Below, piece by piece: positions 1 to 13,868 of a stretch of DNA of 64,000 nucleotides. Positions within the stretch are counted from its first letter, which is position 1. The number at the start of each line of letters is the position of its first letter. The position numbers were made by a program, and so were the translations under genes. The notes under the pieces were generated by a model. The model was not told the DNA's origin. It worked only from the letters and a program-made list of their open reading frames with translations, and did not search any database. The DNA is taken from the NCBI RefSeq assembly GCF_006345805.1, contig NC_043008.1, positions 33,480,001 to 33,544,000 of the forward strand, written 5' to 3'. Origin of the DNA: Octopus sinensis (lineage: Eukaryota).

Positions 1-329
1 TTCACCATCTACTCATTGTAAGTCGCTGAGTATTCAACAGGGCTATGGCACTCTTAATGTAATCACCAAGTAGAATTAGCATGAATGGTGATGTAAGAAA
101 CTTGGTCTTTTGAATTACAGATATCCCACCCAATGGACCTGTGTCAACCTATTTTCACTTGCAAGGATTCAGCTGAGTCAACCCAAGACTATAGTAAAAG
201 ACATTTGTCCAAAATGCCACAAAGTGGGATCAAATACAGAATTATGAAGCAAACTTCTCAACCACTTAGTTATGCCAGTGTCCAAGTATGTCAAAGCTTC
301 TGAGATCCCTTTACTCAACTGCTTAACAC

Positions 330-545
330 ACAGTATACTCTGTAAAACACACCCAGTACACTCTGTAAAGTGGTTAGTAATAGGAAGAGCATCAAGCAGT
401 AGGAACACAGCCAAATGACACATGTGAGCATCAGTCTAAGGAAGCAACAGCTCTAAATAGAAGATGACTTGGAACATAACTCATCCAACATATGCCAGCA
501 GGGAAAATGGACATAAAAATGTTAATGATGATGACAATGATAATG
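330..545 (+). mobile_element. Degenerate retroposon 3' part with (GAT)n tail (family E here)
   Basis: Ends AAAATGGACATAAAAATGTTAATGATGATGAC. Homologous to 4770-4915 and, reversed, to 847-907, 61444-61720 and 62025-62120. Confidence 0.55.
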
Positions 546-744
546 ACAGTGCTTAAGGGTAACTCCTAGTACTTAAAACAAAAGCATACAATCAAAGCCA
601 TTTAATTGAAGTAGGCTTCACATAGCATATATATCCCCTCTTTCTAACTGTTTCTTGATCTGCTATTTGCATTCATTTTCATATTTTACAGATAAATTTC
701 ATGTCATCTATTCAGGCAGGAAACACCAATGATCGTAAATATAC

Positions 745-954
745 ATACATTGTGTGTGTATGTATATATATATATATATATAATGTATATATAAATAACA
801 TATGCATATATATGTATATAAAGTATAGATGATTAATGTATGCATATCATCATCATCATCTTCATCGTTTAGCGTCCGTTTTCCATGCTAGCATGGGTTG
901 GACAATATATGTATATAATGTATATATAAATAATGTATGCATATATATATATAA

Positions 955-1009
<55 letters not shown>

Positions 1010-1023
1010 TTGTATGCATATAT

Positions 1024-1063
<40 letters not shown>
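745..1063. repeat. Compound (TA)n/(TATG)n microsatellite with a short family E remnant at 847-907
   Basis: Direct inspection. Confidence 0.9.
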
Positions 1064-1339
1064 GCAAAAGCAGTGCACTCTTCAGATGTTATGTGCAAGG
1101 CAGCAGCTGAGCAAGAGTCTTTTATGTGCATGGTGCAAAAGATTGTGCAGCAGCTGACATGGATACATCAAGCACAAACAAGGAACCTTGCACACCACAT
1201 CGCAAGACCACTACAATCAACAGACAAGGGATGGCCTCCACTAATGCCTGCACGGTTGTCATGCCAATATTTTAATTAAATATTGGGGGGCCTGTTGCAT
1301 CATAACAACAAAAGCAACATTTTTTTCTTGAGAGACCTT

Positions 1340-3240
1340 GCTGCATGCAATTAAGCCCTATGCATAACACTTGTGGAAACTCATCTGAGCCCCGATATGG
1401 AGGATGTAGAAGTACATGTACCAAAATATACTATACTGCAAACAGACAGAAAGGAAAGGAGCCATGGTGGAGTTGCTATATACATCCGTGATGACCTCAC
1501 ACCCTAGGTATTACTGTCATACTCAAATTCAGTTTGTGACACTCTAATTGTATACATAAGATAACCACAATATAGTCATATGCAATACAAATTTCCCACC
1601 AGATGCTCCAAACCACCAAGGCAAGTTTGAAGATTGACTCACAAGAATTAAAGAAATCTTCATGAAACTGGAATACCATGTGAGCGTATTTCTTATGGGT
1701 GATTTCAACTTCTCCAATGTCAAATGGCCCAAAGGCCTCATGCCCACAGGAATGACTCATTGCAAACAAGCACAAGTGGAGTCCCTGCTCAACCTCACTA
1801 ATGCCCTATTCAAGGAGCAAGTTGTACTCAGACCAGCTAGGGTAAATAACATTTTGGATCTCTGCTTCACAAACAATATGGACATCATTCATGATGTGAA
1901 AGTGATGCCAACATTAGTCTTGGATCACAACATAATAAAGCTGTCTATGTATGGGCCAAAAGTAGCCAGAGACATACAGCATAAAGGAAGCACCCAAAAT
2001 CTATCCAAAAAAAGATCCTCAGACAGGACTGGCTGAAACATCTCTCCACACCAGACATTGGCATGAAACTAGAATATTTCATATCTGTTATGCAAACCAT
2101 ATACCAGAAATATGTCCGAGCACAAGGCCAACACAAAAAAGAACAAGATTCCAAGAGAGAGGAAGATCCTCATGAGACAACGGACAAAGGTTGCAAATCA
2201 CCTCAACCAACATTCCAAAAGTAGCAAAAGATCCCACCTAAAAAAAACACTGGAGACTGAAAAAAAGCCTGCAACAATCCTATCTGAGGGAGAGAACAGA
2301 CAAAAACGTCAGGGTTATAAAAAAACATTAAGTCAAACCCAAAGGCCTTCTTTCATTATGCGAAAGAAACAGCCTCAGTATGCTGCAAGATAGGACCCCT
2401 CTTCCAAAAGGATGGCTCCCTCACAGATAGTCCAACCAGGATCAGTGGGGTACTGAATGACCAAAGTGGATCATGGTATGATATTCCACAAACTGCATGA
2501 TCTTGGCATAGCTGGAATACTTGGAGAGTGGTTACATGACTTTCTGAAAGATAGAAGTCAGGTAGTAGTGGCCAATGGAGCCATCTCAATAAAAACACAA
2601 ATAGTGAGTGGTGTTCCACAGGGCACTGTCTTGGGACCACTGCTATTCATAGTGGCCCTCGCAGATATGCCCTCAACTACCCGGATAGCCACCCTTGCTA
2701 GCTACACAAACGATACAAAAATCTCACAGAAAATACAGAACTCCAGCAATGTAGCGCACCTGCAGCAGGAGTTGGACTCAATTTACAGATGGAATGAGGA
2801 TAATAATATGCTGAAAAATGCGCTTCCAATATCCAAACTGAATATAAAATTTACAGGGTACACTGGTCCACAAGGGATTACAATCCCAGAGGCTAAATCA
2901 GTGAGGGACCTGGGTATCGACATGAGTAATGATACCTCTTTCCAAGTGCACATTACCAGGATGGCAACAAAGTGCAGATGACTGGCTGGATGGATCCTGA
3001 GAATGTTTAGAACCAGAGAAAAGGAAACCATGATGGTCCTCTGGAGAACTTTTGTCCTCATCTGCCTGGATTACTGTTCCTGGTCACCCAACAGTGTAAA
3101 ATTAACAGAGGACCTTAAGCAATCCAGTGAAGCTTCACAAAAGATCGTCTTGTTGCAACAGCTCAGTCACTGGGAAAGGCTGAAACAGCTAAGACACTAC
3201 TCCTTAGAGCAAAGGCGGGAGAGGTATGCAGTAATATGCC
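1340..3240 (+). mobile_element. Decayed CR1/L2-group LINE ORF2 (APE endonuclease + RT) with stops, frameshifts and an internal deletion
   Basis: APE motifs ETHL, DRKERSHGGVAIY, MGDFNF and NNILDLCFTN. RT motifs KVDHG, SGVPQGTVLGPLLF, a degenerate YTND(T) catalytic motif, and DLGIDM. C-terminal HWERLKQLRHYSLEQRRERY. The N-terminal RT motifs are missing near 2455. Confidence 0.9.
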
Positions 3241-3358
3241 TAAATAACCACACAGTCTATTTCCACAATACTCCTTAGGTAATCTTTAATAACCTTATAA
3301 ATCTACATTTTAACTTCTAATCCTTATCTAATTCCTCTTTCATACTTAAGGATCACAA

Positions 3359-3359
<1 letters not shown>

Positions 3360-3404
<45 letters not shown>

Positions 3405-3720
3405 ATGTATGTATGCATGCACAGTGTATGTACATATATGTGCAGGTGTGATATTACATATAGACACATGTATGTATGAGTTTGTGTATATATGTGTGTG
3501 TATGTATGTGATGTATATATATATATATGTACATTATGTATATGTGTGTGTGTATGTATTATATAAGTATATATATGTGTGTGTATATTTATATGTATAT
3601 ATGCATATATGAACATGCAAGCAGGTACATGTGAATATATATTATTATAGGTATAGATATTTTATATAAGTACATATGTGTATATGACTATGTGTAGATA
3701 CATATTGTATGCATACCTGC

Positions 3721-3751
<31 letters not shown>

Positions 3752-3970
3752 CACATGTACACGTGTGTGCATGTAAACACTTGCAAACATTTATGTACCT
3801 GTGTGAGTTTGCAAGCATGCATTTATGTATGCATGAATTTATATAGACAAAAATAGATACAAATGAGTGTGTATATGCGTGAATGTAAGATACAATAGTT
3901 TGTATGCATACATATATATTGATATATGTTAATGTCAATATACATGTGTGGATATGTATGTATGTATACA
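3360..3970. repeat. Compound TA/TG/TATG microsatellite region
   Basis: Direct inspection. Confidence 0.9.
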
Positions 3971-4769
3971 TCTTCACAAATGTAAATTCTTTATTTCTTC
4001 TACTACTCACCACTAACCTGTCCATTTAAGCAACTTGACTTATATTCTTAATTCTTCATTCCACCTCAATTTTACTACCCTTGTTTTGTCTCTACACTTT
4101 ATATGCCAATCCCTTAAGCTCTATCACAACACCCCTGTTAACAAACCTCACACTCTTTTACTCTTTATCTTCTCATCTCATCATCTCTCTCCCCCTCACC
4201 TCTCCCTTCCTTCTATCATTTTATCCTGACCACTAGCTAACATACCTTCTCTTTCTTCACTTGTTTATTGTCTCTCTACTTTTTCTTTTCTCTTCCTGTT
4301 TTTGATTTGACCTTGCAAAACACATTCTCAACTTTTAAGTCACTTAAAAAAAACCCTCAATCAAATAACACTCTTTACAAGACTCTATGCTTAGAATGAA
4401 CAATTAATTATAAACACCATTGGAACTCACACACAATGTACAGGAAACTTATATATATAAACCATTCTGCTTAAATAATGGAACTGCAAATACAATATCC
4501 TTACGTATGTCTTTAGTTGCATATGCCATTACAGTTTATATATTACAATTATTTTGTATGACAACTTCTCACACTAGTAGAACAATTGCTCTCTACACAT
4601 ATGACCAAGGTAATACATGCGCAACGTTAGCAGCATCCTGTAATTTTTTTTTTTTGCATTAATCTACATGCTGCATCCATATGAATACCATCTCAATTCA
4701 CCTCATATCTGCACAGTTATCTCTCTTTCATTCATCACCTGATGCCATTAATGGTACACCACCTTTCAT

Positions 4770-4915
4770 AAACTGTACCAAAGCAGACATTGGAGCCTGA
4801 TGCAGACCTCTGGATTTCCAGCTCCTGCCAAACTGTCTAACCCATAACAGCACAGAAAATGAACATTAAATGATGATGCTGATGATGATGATGATGATAA
4901 TGACAACGATGATGT
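4770..4915 (+). mobile_element. Family E retroposon 3' remnant with (GAT)n tail
   Basis: AAAATGAACATTAAATGATGATGCTGATGATG terminus. Confidence 0.5.
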
Positions 4916-6050
4916 GCAATACCTAGATCAAGTTTTATAAAAGCCTCAGATGAGTGAAACTTGGTAGCCACGAGGAAGCCCCTTGGTGGGAGGCTGTTCC
5001 TAATGTCTCTTGGTTTAACATTACCACAATCATTACCTAACTCTCAAGTGCCTTTAGTGAAATTCACTCTACTACAAGCCCGCAGGCCAGGTCTCTGGGT
5101 GAAGAAACCTCTCCCTCTTCCCTTTCACAAGTCTTAGAGAGACTGAAAAAAGACATGGACACTGCTCTTTCTCCTTTCACCAAGCTTTTAAACAAATTTA
5201 AAGAAACACTTTTGTTGCTTGCTTTTTTTTTTTTTCAGCACCAAATTGCAACCATTCTGTCATTTTTTCTCCCATATGCCTTCTCCTTTTTAAAACAACA
5301 GGGCATAATTTCAGAGAAGCTAAATTGCTATTTCTAACTGGCGAAGTGCAAAACAGGTTCTCTGACTGCTTATAAACCCTTTTGTTACCTACAAATTTAA
5401 CAGCTTCTCTAAACTTCTTCCACCCCTTTCTTTCAACAGCTATTTTGCTTTTACTTCAACCCCTCCCACATTAATTATATATTGCCTAGGTAACAAACTG
5501 TCTACTACTTCTAGCAACTCCCATGTCAGCAGTTCTTAGACTTCATTTCTATGGTACTCCCTACTGTTAAATATTCTTGTTCACTTAGTGCATCTCAATA
5601 TATGATACCCTGCAGTCTGCTAAAGGTGTGTACTTATTGTTTGAGTACACAGTATTGACTAGCTACCTACTCCCTTAACACACATTGAGCAAGGCCACCT
5701 CCCAAATGGTACTGACATATTTTCTTTTCTGTTACTTATTACTTACCTTTTAGGACTTTAGAACTTGGTATCTAGACCCAAATTATTGCAGAGAGAAAAT
5801 AACTGCCTAACTAGATATACAGGCTTGGCCAAAAGACAGACACCAAAACATTTCACATTTTATTTATATTACATTGTTATTATAATTCATCATTTTGCCC
5901 ATCATGTACAAGTACACGTATTCATAATAATTTTATTTATTTCATTCAATTTTAGAAAAACTGAAGCATGTATTTGACAATTCCAGACCATATTGAACTT
6001 ATTTTGTGCATTACTTTTGGTCCACTCTGTACCATTTTATATGTATATAT

Positions 6051-6104
<54 letters not shown>

Positions 6105-6107
6105 ATG

Positions 6108-6160
<53 letters not shown>

Positions 6161-6171
6161 CTGTGTGTGTG

Positions 6172-6800
<629 letters not shown>

Positions 6801-6889
6801 ACAGTGAATATGTATTAAATTAAGGTTATTTTAAACCTAGTTCAAGAATAACCATGGAACATTTACTGATGGGGTGACTCAATACTATG

Positions 6890-6929
<40 letters not shown>

Positions 6930-7049
6930 TATATATATATATATATCAACACACACACACACACTTGTAAGGAACTAAATATTCTCTCTGTTGGTTTCCA
7001 ACAGATATAAACCTGGAAATGGCTGAAACTTTGTGAATGAAACTGGTTT

Positions 7050-7207
7050 TGCTTCCCAACCACATGGCTCCTGGTTCAGTCCTAATATGTGACCTCTTGG
7101 GCCGACCAAAGCCTTGTGAGTGAATTTGACAGAGAGAAACTAAAAGAAGCCCATCGTATGTATGTGAATATATATGTGTGTGTGTGTGTGAGTGTGTGTA
7201 TATGTGT

Positions 7208-7240
<33 letters not shown>

Positions 7241-7415
7241 TTGTGTTGTGATGTGTTGTTGTGTCTGTGTTTGTCCCCCCACCACTGCTTGACAACTAGT
7301 GTTGTGTTTACATCTCAGCAATAGGGAATAATAGAATTTATTCAACTAAAATTTCTTCAAGGCAGTGCTCCAGCATGGCTGCAGTCTAATGACTGAAACA
7401 CATAAAAGATAAAAA
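7050..7415 (+). mobile_element. SINE family B
   Basis: AACCACATGG..GGTTCAGTCC head, GGGCCGACCAAAGCCTTGTGAGTG, internal (GT)n, and a CCAGCATGGCTGCAGTC..ACTGAAAC tail. Confidence 0.8.
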
Positions 7416-8843
7416 ATATGCCCATCAAATGCATGGTGCCTGTTTTAGGATAGTAGACTTTACACGATTTAACACCAACATCTGATGCTTGAGTACTTTT
7501 AGTGGAAGCAATTCTATTTCAAGTTTCAGATCAAATCTCCAGTTTGAAAACAACTAATGAACTGAAGTTTCTTCTTTCCTTTTCTCTCTGGTAGTCTTGC
7601 AGGCCCCATCTTTCCTTGTTCAACAAAGCCATGGAGAAAAAAAAGTAATTAAATTAATTTCACCCACGTGGAAACACTGACTCTTCTGTTTTCATTAACT
7701 AATCAATAAATACTTTGTGGTATTTGTTTGAGGTCTTTAACATTCTGAATCCAAATTCCATTGAGGTCAACTTCGCCTTTTATCTTTTAGGGGCCGATAA
7801 AGTACCAGCCAAGTGCTGGGGTGCAATACTCGATCCCTTCAGCTATGAAGTATTGGACCTTCTACTAGTTCAAAGATGGGAAGGTTGGGGAGATGCCAGT
7901 GTCTGCTGAGGACAACATGGGCACCTGAAAAGCATAAGTGAAAAGCACAGTGCATACTAATACAAGTCTTACCTGACTGTGAATTATGGCTCAAAATTAT
8001 TATTTTTACTGCAGAGTTGTTGTCAAAGCTGACTCTACATAGATGACTAACTAATAAGTCTATAGGTATCATCAAGTAAAGAAACAGTCTAATTATAAGC
8101 CAATGATGGAGTCTCTCTATGGTTGCTCTATCTGCTAGAGATAGCAGCCAAGTCTTCAAATCAAACCATTCCCTCTTAAATAAGGAAAAGTACATACTAG
8201 ATAATTTAGTCTTTGACATATCCTAAGAAAACAGGCTAGTCAAGATTGGAAACGCTTATGTTTATAAGCAGGATGTTGTATGATAAAAAAAAAAAGAACA
8301 GCTTGCTTTATCTTTTCCCCCTTGTAAAATGACAGCTTTTGGGCCCCTGGAAGAGACTGATTTTCCCCCCTCTTTATGGAGGGAGCCCAGTGTACCGATT
8401 GATCCCTTTATTCAATGGATTTGACCAGGGGTTAAGTAACAGCTTCAACAGTGTAAATGTTTGGTTGGGAATGCATCAAAGTCAGGCAGGACCCGTTAAG
8501 CTGGTGTTGTGATTGTCATTTACAAACGCCCATCTTTCTGGGGTTTATAACCTTAACATCGTAGATGTAATTTTATAAACCAAAGGTCACTTCCGGCTAT
8601 TTTACAATATGCGCAATGATTTTCAAAATGGAATGATTCTGTAAAAGGATCTATACATACATACATACATACATACACACGCAATATACGCACGCATGCA
8701 CATAGGCACACATACGTACGCATGTACATACGTACACGTATATACACACACACAATGTACGCATGCACACACACATACGCATGCATATACTCACACATAA
8801 TATGCACGTACGTACGCATATACATACATACATTATATTATAT

Positions 8844-8874
<31 letters not shown>

Positions 8875-8887
8875 ATAAACATGCATG

Positions 8888-8927
<40 letters not shown>

Positions 8928-9563
8928 ACATACAAAATAATGAAAGCGTTAGATTTTTCTGTTTTTATATACTCATCCCGACACACCACGCTATATTTTC
9001 TGAATTATCTCTTGTTGACGCATATCTGTCACTGTCGCTTACTAGCAGTCTCTCCGAACTACACGGAACATCATATCAGATTGATGCGAGGATGAAGCGA
9101 ATTAAATACTGACTAATAACACACAGGGACACAGAATGAAAAAATAAAATAAACGATATTGTTTCTTTTTTCTTTGTTTCTCCACCCTGTCCTTAAAAGG
9201 AAAAAAACAACAACTTCTTTATGTATATAACACCTGGCTTTCAGCACTGTGTCGTCACATATTTTAATCTCCGATGAATGAAAATCATTTTGCAGCCCAG
9301 GTGTAAGAACAATATATACAATCTGGAAGATACACACACACACACCACACTATATATATCCACCACACACACAAACTGAAATCGCTTACCTTCAAATCGC
9401 TGCTTAGAAGATCATATATTTTCTCTCGCAATTTTGTGAACCAATTACTATTTCGGTTTGGTTATATTTTATATATATTTATATATATACCTTGATTAAA
9501 GAGAACGATAGGTTAAGAAAAAATTACTCCAGTATTCCTAATGGTTAAGATTTTTATTTTAAA

Positions 9564-9599
<36 letters not shown>

Positions 9600-10139
9600 T
9601 GTTAAAATTATTCATCGTTTCACTATTTCATTCGAATTTTTTTTTAAAAAGGGAGGGGAGGGGTCCAATGTTTTTAATTCACCAGTGAAACTGTATCCCT
9701 AAGGCATTGTTACTATTACGATGATCTGGGTCGTATTAATCGACCGTAGCCCTCACAAAATTCGAACACCTTGTACCCATGTTGGAACCCCTACAATATT
9801 TTTCATCGCTAAATATTTAAATGTTTTGTATTAATTTTGCTCGTTTAGAAAAAAAAAACCCCACTGTCTTCATTATTTCGTAACAGAGATAGAATACAAT
9901 ACAATAAGGGGAGAATAGTGTTCCGGATTCCTTAAGCTAAAGCTATACCCTTAAAAAAAAGGCATTATAATTTCTAGTAAATATAAATATGTAGTATGCA
10001 TATACTTACAGAAAATGTAATCATAGATTTCCTCTTTATGTAAGATAAAACATTTTCTTTCTTCTATAATGGTAATTCCGTATTTAAATTAACAACTACC
10101 TTCAGTATCGGCTTTTTTTTCCTTTCTAAGCAGCTTTTG

Positions 10140-10295
10140 TTGTTGTTGCTGTTTTCACTGAACCCCCTCCTCTTCTGCTGCCGCACTTCGCGAGATGTCT
10201 GCTACTTGCAGACTTAGTAGAAATGGAGGGTATGACTTAAACAATTTTACCAATCAACTGATGATTGGACAATATCTGACGCCATGTGACTTTTA
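10140..10295. promoter_or_regulatory. Putative RNA polymerase II promoter-like segment
   Basis: Non-repetitive, CpG-containing stretch with CTTCGCGAGA (close to the TCTCGCGAGA motif), inverted CCAAT pair CCAATCAACTGATGATTGG, and TGACGCCA. Candidate minus-strand splice donors lie at about 10098, 10009 and 9389 (GAAG|GTAAGC). Motif-level evidence only. Confidence 0.35.
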
Positions 10296-10442
10296 CATAC
10301 GCGCTCACAGGCGCGCACATAAGTTTATGTTTATTTGTATGCATAAATGTATATACATATAAACAAACTTATAGACATACATACATACATACATGTATGC
10401 ATGTATGTATGTATGTATGTATGACACATGCACATTTACATC

Positions 10443-10490
<48 letters not shown>

Positions 10491-10615
10491 TATACACACA
10501 CACATATACATACATACATACATACATACATACATACATACATGTATGTGTATGTATGTATGTATGTATGTATGATGTATGTATGTATGTATGTAGATAG
10601 ATATCAATATGTCAA

Positions 10616-10905
10616 GGCGGCGAGCTGGCAGAAACGTTAGCACGCCGGGCGAAATGCGTAGCCGTATTTCGTCTGCCGTTACGCTCTGAGTTCAAATTCC
10701 GCCGAGGTCGACTTTGCCTTTCATCCTTTCGGAATCGATTAAATAAGTACCAGTTACGCACCATTGCGTAACTGGTACTTATTTAATCGATTCCGAAAGG
10801 ATGAAAGGCAAAGTCGACCTCGGCGGAATTTGAACTCAGATATAATTGACTTAATCCGTTTGTTTGTCCCCTCTATGTTTAGTCCCTTGTGGGCAATAGA
10901 GAAAT
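10616..10905 (+). mobile_element. tRNA-derived SINE, family A (Meta-domain-like core), with an internal perfect 76-bp inverted duplication
   Basis: GGCGGCGAGCTGGCAGAAACGTTAGC head (A box), GAGTTCAAATTCC (B box), GCCTTTCATCCTTTCGG core and AAAG(A)AAT tail. Confidence 0.9.
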
Positions 10906-11009
10906 CAGATAGATTACCTACATGCATGCATGCATACAGAAATCGATAGACAGATAGATAGAAATATGCGTGTGAGTGTATAAATATGCAAATTTATGTG
11001 TATATGTGT

Positions 11010-11276
11010 GCGTGTATAGGTGTGGCTATGTGGTAAGAAGCTTGCTTGTCAACCACATGGTTCCGGGTTTAGTTCCACTGCGTGACACATTGGGCACGAG
11101 TTTTCTACTATAGCTTCAGGTAAACCAAAACCTTGTCAGTGGATTTGGTAGATGGAAACTGAAAGAAGCCCGTCGTATATATGTATAACCGCTAAGTTAC
11201 GAGGACGTAAACACAGCAACACCGGTTGTCAAGCGGTGGTGGGGGACAAACACAAAGACACACGCACATTTACATC

Positions 11277-11315
<39 letters not shown>

Positions 11316-11506
11316 TCTTTTACTCTTTTACTTGTTTCAGTCATTTGACTGCGGCCATGCTGGAGCACCGCCTTTAGTCGAGCAAATCGACCCCGGGACT
11401 TATTCTTTGTAAGCCCGGTACTTATTCTATCGGTCTGTTTTGCCGAACCGCTAAGTGACGGGGACGTAAACACACCAGCATCGGTTGTCAAGCAATGCTA
11501 GGGGGA

Positions 11507-11558
<52 letters not shown>

Positions 11559-11960
11559 CATATATACGACAGGCTTCTTTCAGTTTCCGTCTACCAAATT
11601 ACTCACAAGGCATTGGTCGGCCCGGGGCTATAGCAGAAGACACTTGCCCGCAACCATGTGGTTGGTTAGCAAGCTACTTACCACACAACCACATGCATAT
11701 ACACACATACGTACACACATATATATATATATATGTAAATGTGTGTCTTTGTGACAGTGTTTGTCCCCCACCACCGCTTGACAACCGGCGTTGGTGTTTA
11801 CATCCTTGTAACTTAGCGGTTTGGCACAAGATCCCAATAGAATAAGTACCTGGCTTTTAAAATATGGACTAGGGTTGATACAGTCGACTAAAAAAAAATT
11901 TCAAGGTAGTGCCCCAGCAAGGCCGTAGTCTAATGAGTGAAACAGGTGAAAGATAAAGAT
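11010..11960. mobile_element. Cluster of family B SINE pieces in alternating orientation (+ 11010-11260, - 11320-11700, + 11740-11960)
   Basis: Recurring family B blocks on both strands. Confidence 0.8.
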
Positions 11961-11974
11961 ATATTCTTAGCTAA

Positions 11975-11985
11975 TTTTATGTATG

Positions 11986-12019
<34 letters not shown>

Positions 12020-12525
12020 TGTATGTATGTATGTATGTATGTATGTATGTATGTATTTGTATGTATGTATGTATGTATGTATGTATTTGTATGTATGTAT
12101 GATTTTGATTTTGATTTTTCCAGTTTCAGCTAATGAGCTGTGGCCATGCTGGGGCACCGCCATTTGGTTTGCTACACGATTTTACCTCACGGATGCTTTT
12201 TAGCAAACGCCATCTGATGCATGAGAGAGTTCGATGCAGCTGCCCTCATCTGCACCTCCTGCCGTGAAGTTGGTTCATCCGGGACACCTGACAGGAAGAG
12301 ATCCAGTCCTACTTTAAAGACATCCGCATCCACACCATGCAGGTCCCTCATGTATGTATGTATGTATGTATGTATGTATGTATGTATGTATGTATGTATG
12401 TATGTATGTATGTATTTGTATGTATGTATGTATGTATGTATGTATGTATGTATGTATGTATTTGTATGTATGTATGTGTGTATGTATGTATGTATGTATG
12501 TATTTGTATGTATGTATGTATGTAT
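11975..12525. repeat. Two long (TATG)n arrays (about 11975-12105 and 12350-12525)
   Basis: Direct inspection. Confidence 0.95.
12190..12350 (-). mobile_element. 3' end of a CR1/L2-group LINE ORF2 (5'-truncated fragment)
   Basis: Translates RDLHGVDADVFKVGLDLFLSGVPDEP...RAAASNSLMHQ, matching the FK..LD.FL...PDEP....SNSL..Q C-terminus typical of these LINEs. Confidence 0.75.
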
Positions 12526-12744
12526 CGATGCACTCACACATACCCATATATTGTAAGCTGATATTGCAACGTGAATGACATAAAAATTTGTCAAACTTGT
12601 TTTGACAAGCGCTTTGACACGAACCTTTCTGTCCTCTAGTCACTCTTGTATCAGTTTCAGTTTATAAAAGACGATATATTCACAGCTTTGAAATTGAGGT
12701 CCCTCTCCCCGCCTCCATTTGTAAAACTACACGTATCTACACAC

Positions 12745-12793
<49 letters not shown>

Positions 12794-13069
12794 TACGCAT
12801 GTAAAATGGGCTTTAAAGTAATTAATGTGTAGTAAACCAAGAAATTTTTAATTCATCAAAATAAAATCCATTGTTAGGTGGAAAATTAGTGTTATAGTTA
12901 ATTCTATTCAAGGAAGATAGATGATGCAACTCCGGAAATTGATTTAACATAATGTGAATCGCAGTCGGTAATGAATCTGATCTTTGGCAATAGAGATGAC
13001 ATCTCTGTACATGTTTCGGCTTATTAGACCTAATTAGCTAAACAGTCAAAAACTGTCAGATCTATGATG

Positions 13070-13088
13070 ATGATGATGATGGTGGTGG

Positions 13089-13137
<49 letters not shown>

Positions 13138-13162
13138 GATTATGATGATGATGATGATGATG
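13070..13162. repeat. (GAT)n microsatellite
   Basis: Direct inspection. Confidence 0.95.
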
Positions 13163-13529
13163 TATGGACATCTCTGGGTATTTTCATTCCGTGCATACTT
13201 TTAAGCCGTCACGGAACTCAGTGAGCTGTGATTAAACACTGAGTTATGCTACAGCGTAAATGTATGGCTGGGATGAAAATACCCAAGGACGCCTTTCTGC
13301 ATGAAAAATGATAGTAAAGCGGGCGCTAAAATATTTAATGTTGTGCAGTAATTTTCATGAAAAATACCTCTACAATGTCATCTGCTCAATCATTAACTCT
13401 GGTCAAGAAAGACAAGGAAACTAATACGTTTGTATATATGTATATATGCATATATGTGTGTATATATATACATACAATATTTTATACATACGCACATATA
13501 TTCGTAAATATAGATGTGCACGCATACTC

Positions 13530-13855
13530 TCTCTTTTACTCTTTTACTTGTTGCAGTCTGACTGCGGCCATGCTGGAGCACGCTTTAATCGAGAAACTCG
13601 ACCCCGGACTTATCTTTTGTAAGCCCAGACTTATTCTATCGGTCTCTTTGCCGAACCGCTAAGTACGGGGTGGTAACCAGATCGGTTGTCAAGCAATGCT
13701 AGGGGGACAAACACACACAATGATATATGATATATACGACGAGCTTTTTCAGTTTCCGTCAACCAATTCCCTCACAACGGTGCCACGCAGAGTGGGACTG
13801 AACCGGAACCATGTGGTTGGAAACAAGCTATTACCACACAGCCATCCTGCGCCTA
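13530..13855 (-). mobile_element. SINE family B, internally deleted
   Basis: TTTTACTCTTTTACTTG..GCGGCCATGCTGGAGCAC..GGACTGAACCGGAACCATGTGG..CCACACAGCCA. Confidence 0.8.
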
Positions 13856-13868
13856 ATATATATATATA

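Noticed and set aside
5230-6050. Several plus-strand acceptor-like sites with short frames (DFRTWYLDPNYCREKITA*, KLKHVFDNSRPY*)
   Set aside because: I could not build a consistent exon chain or recognise a protein; such sites are expected by chance in pyrimidine-rich DNA.
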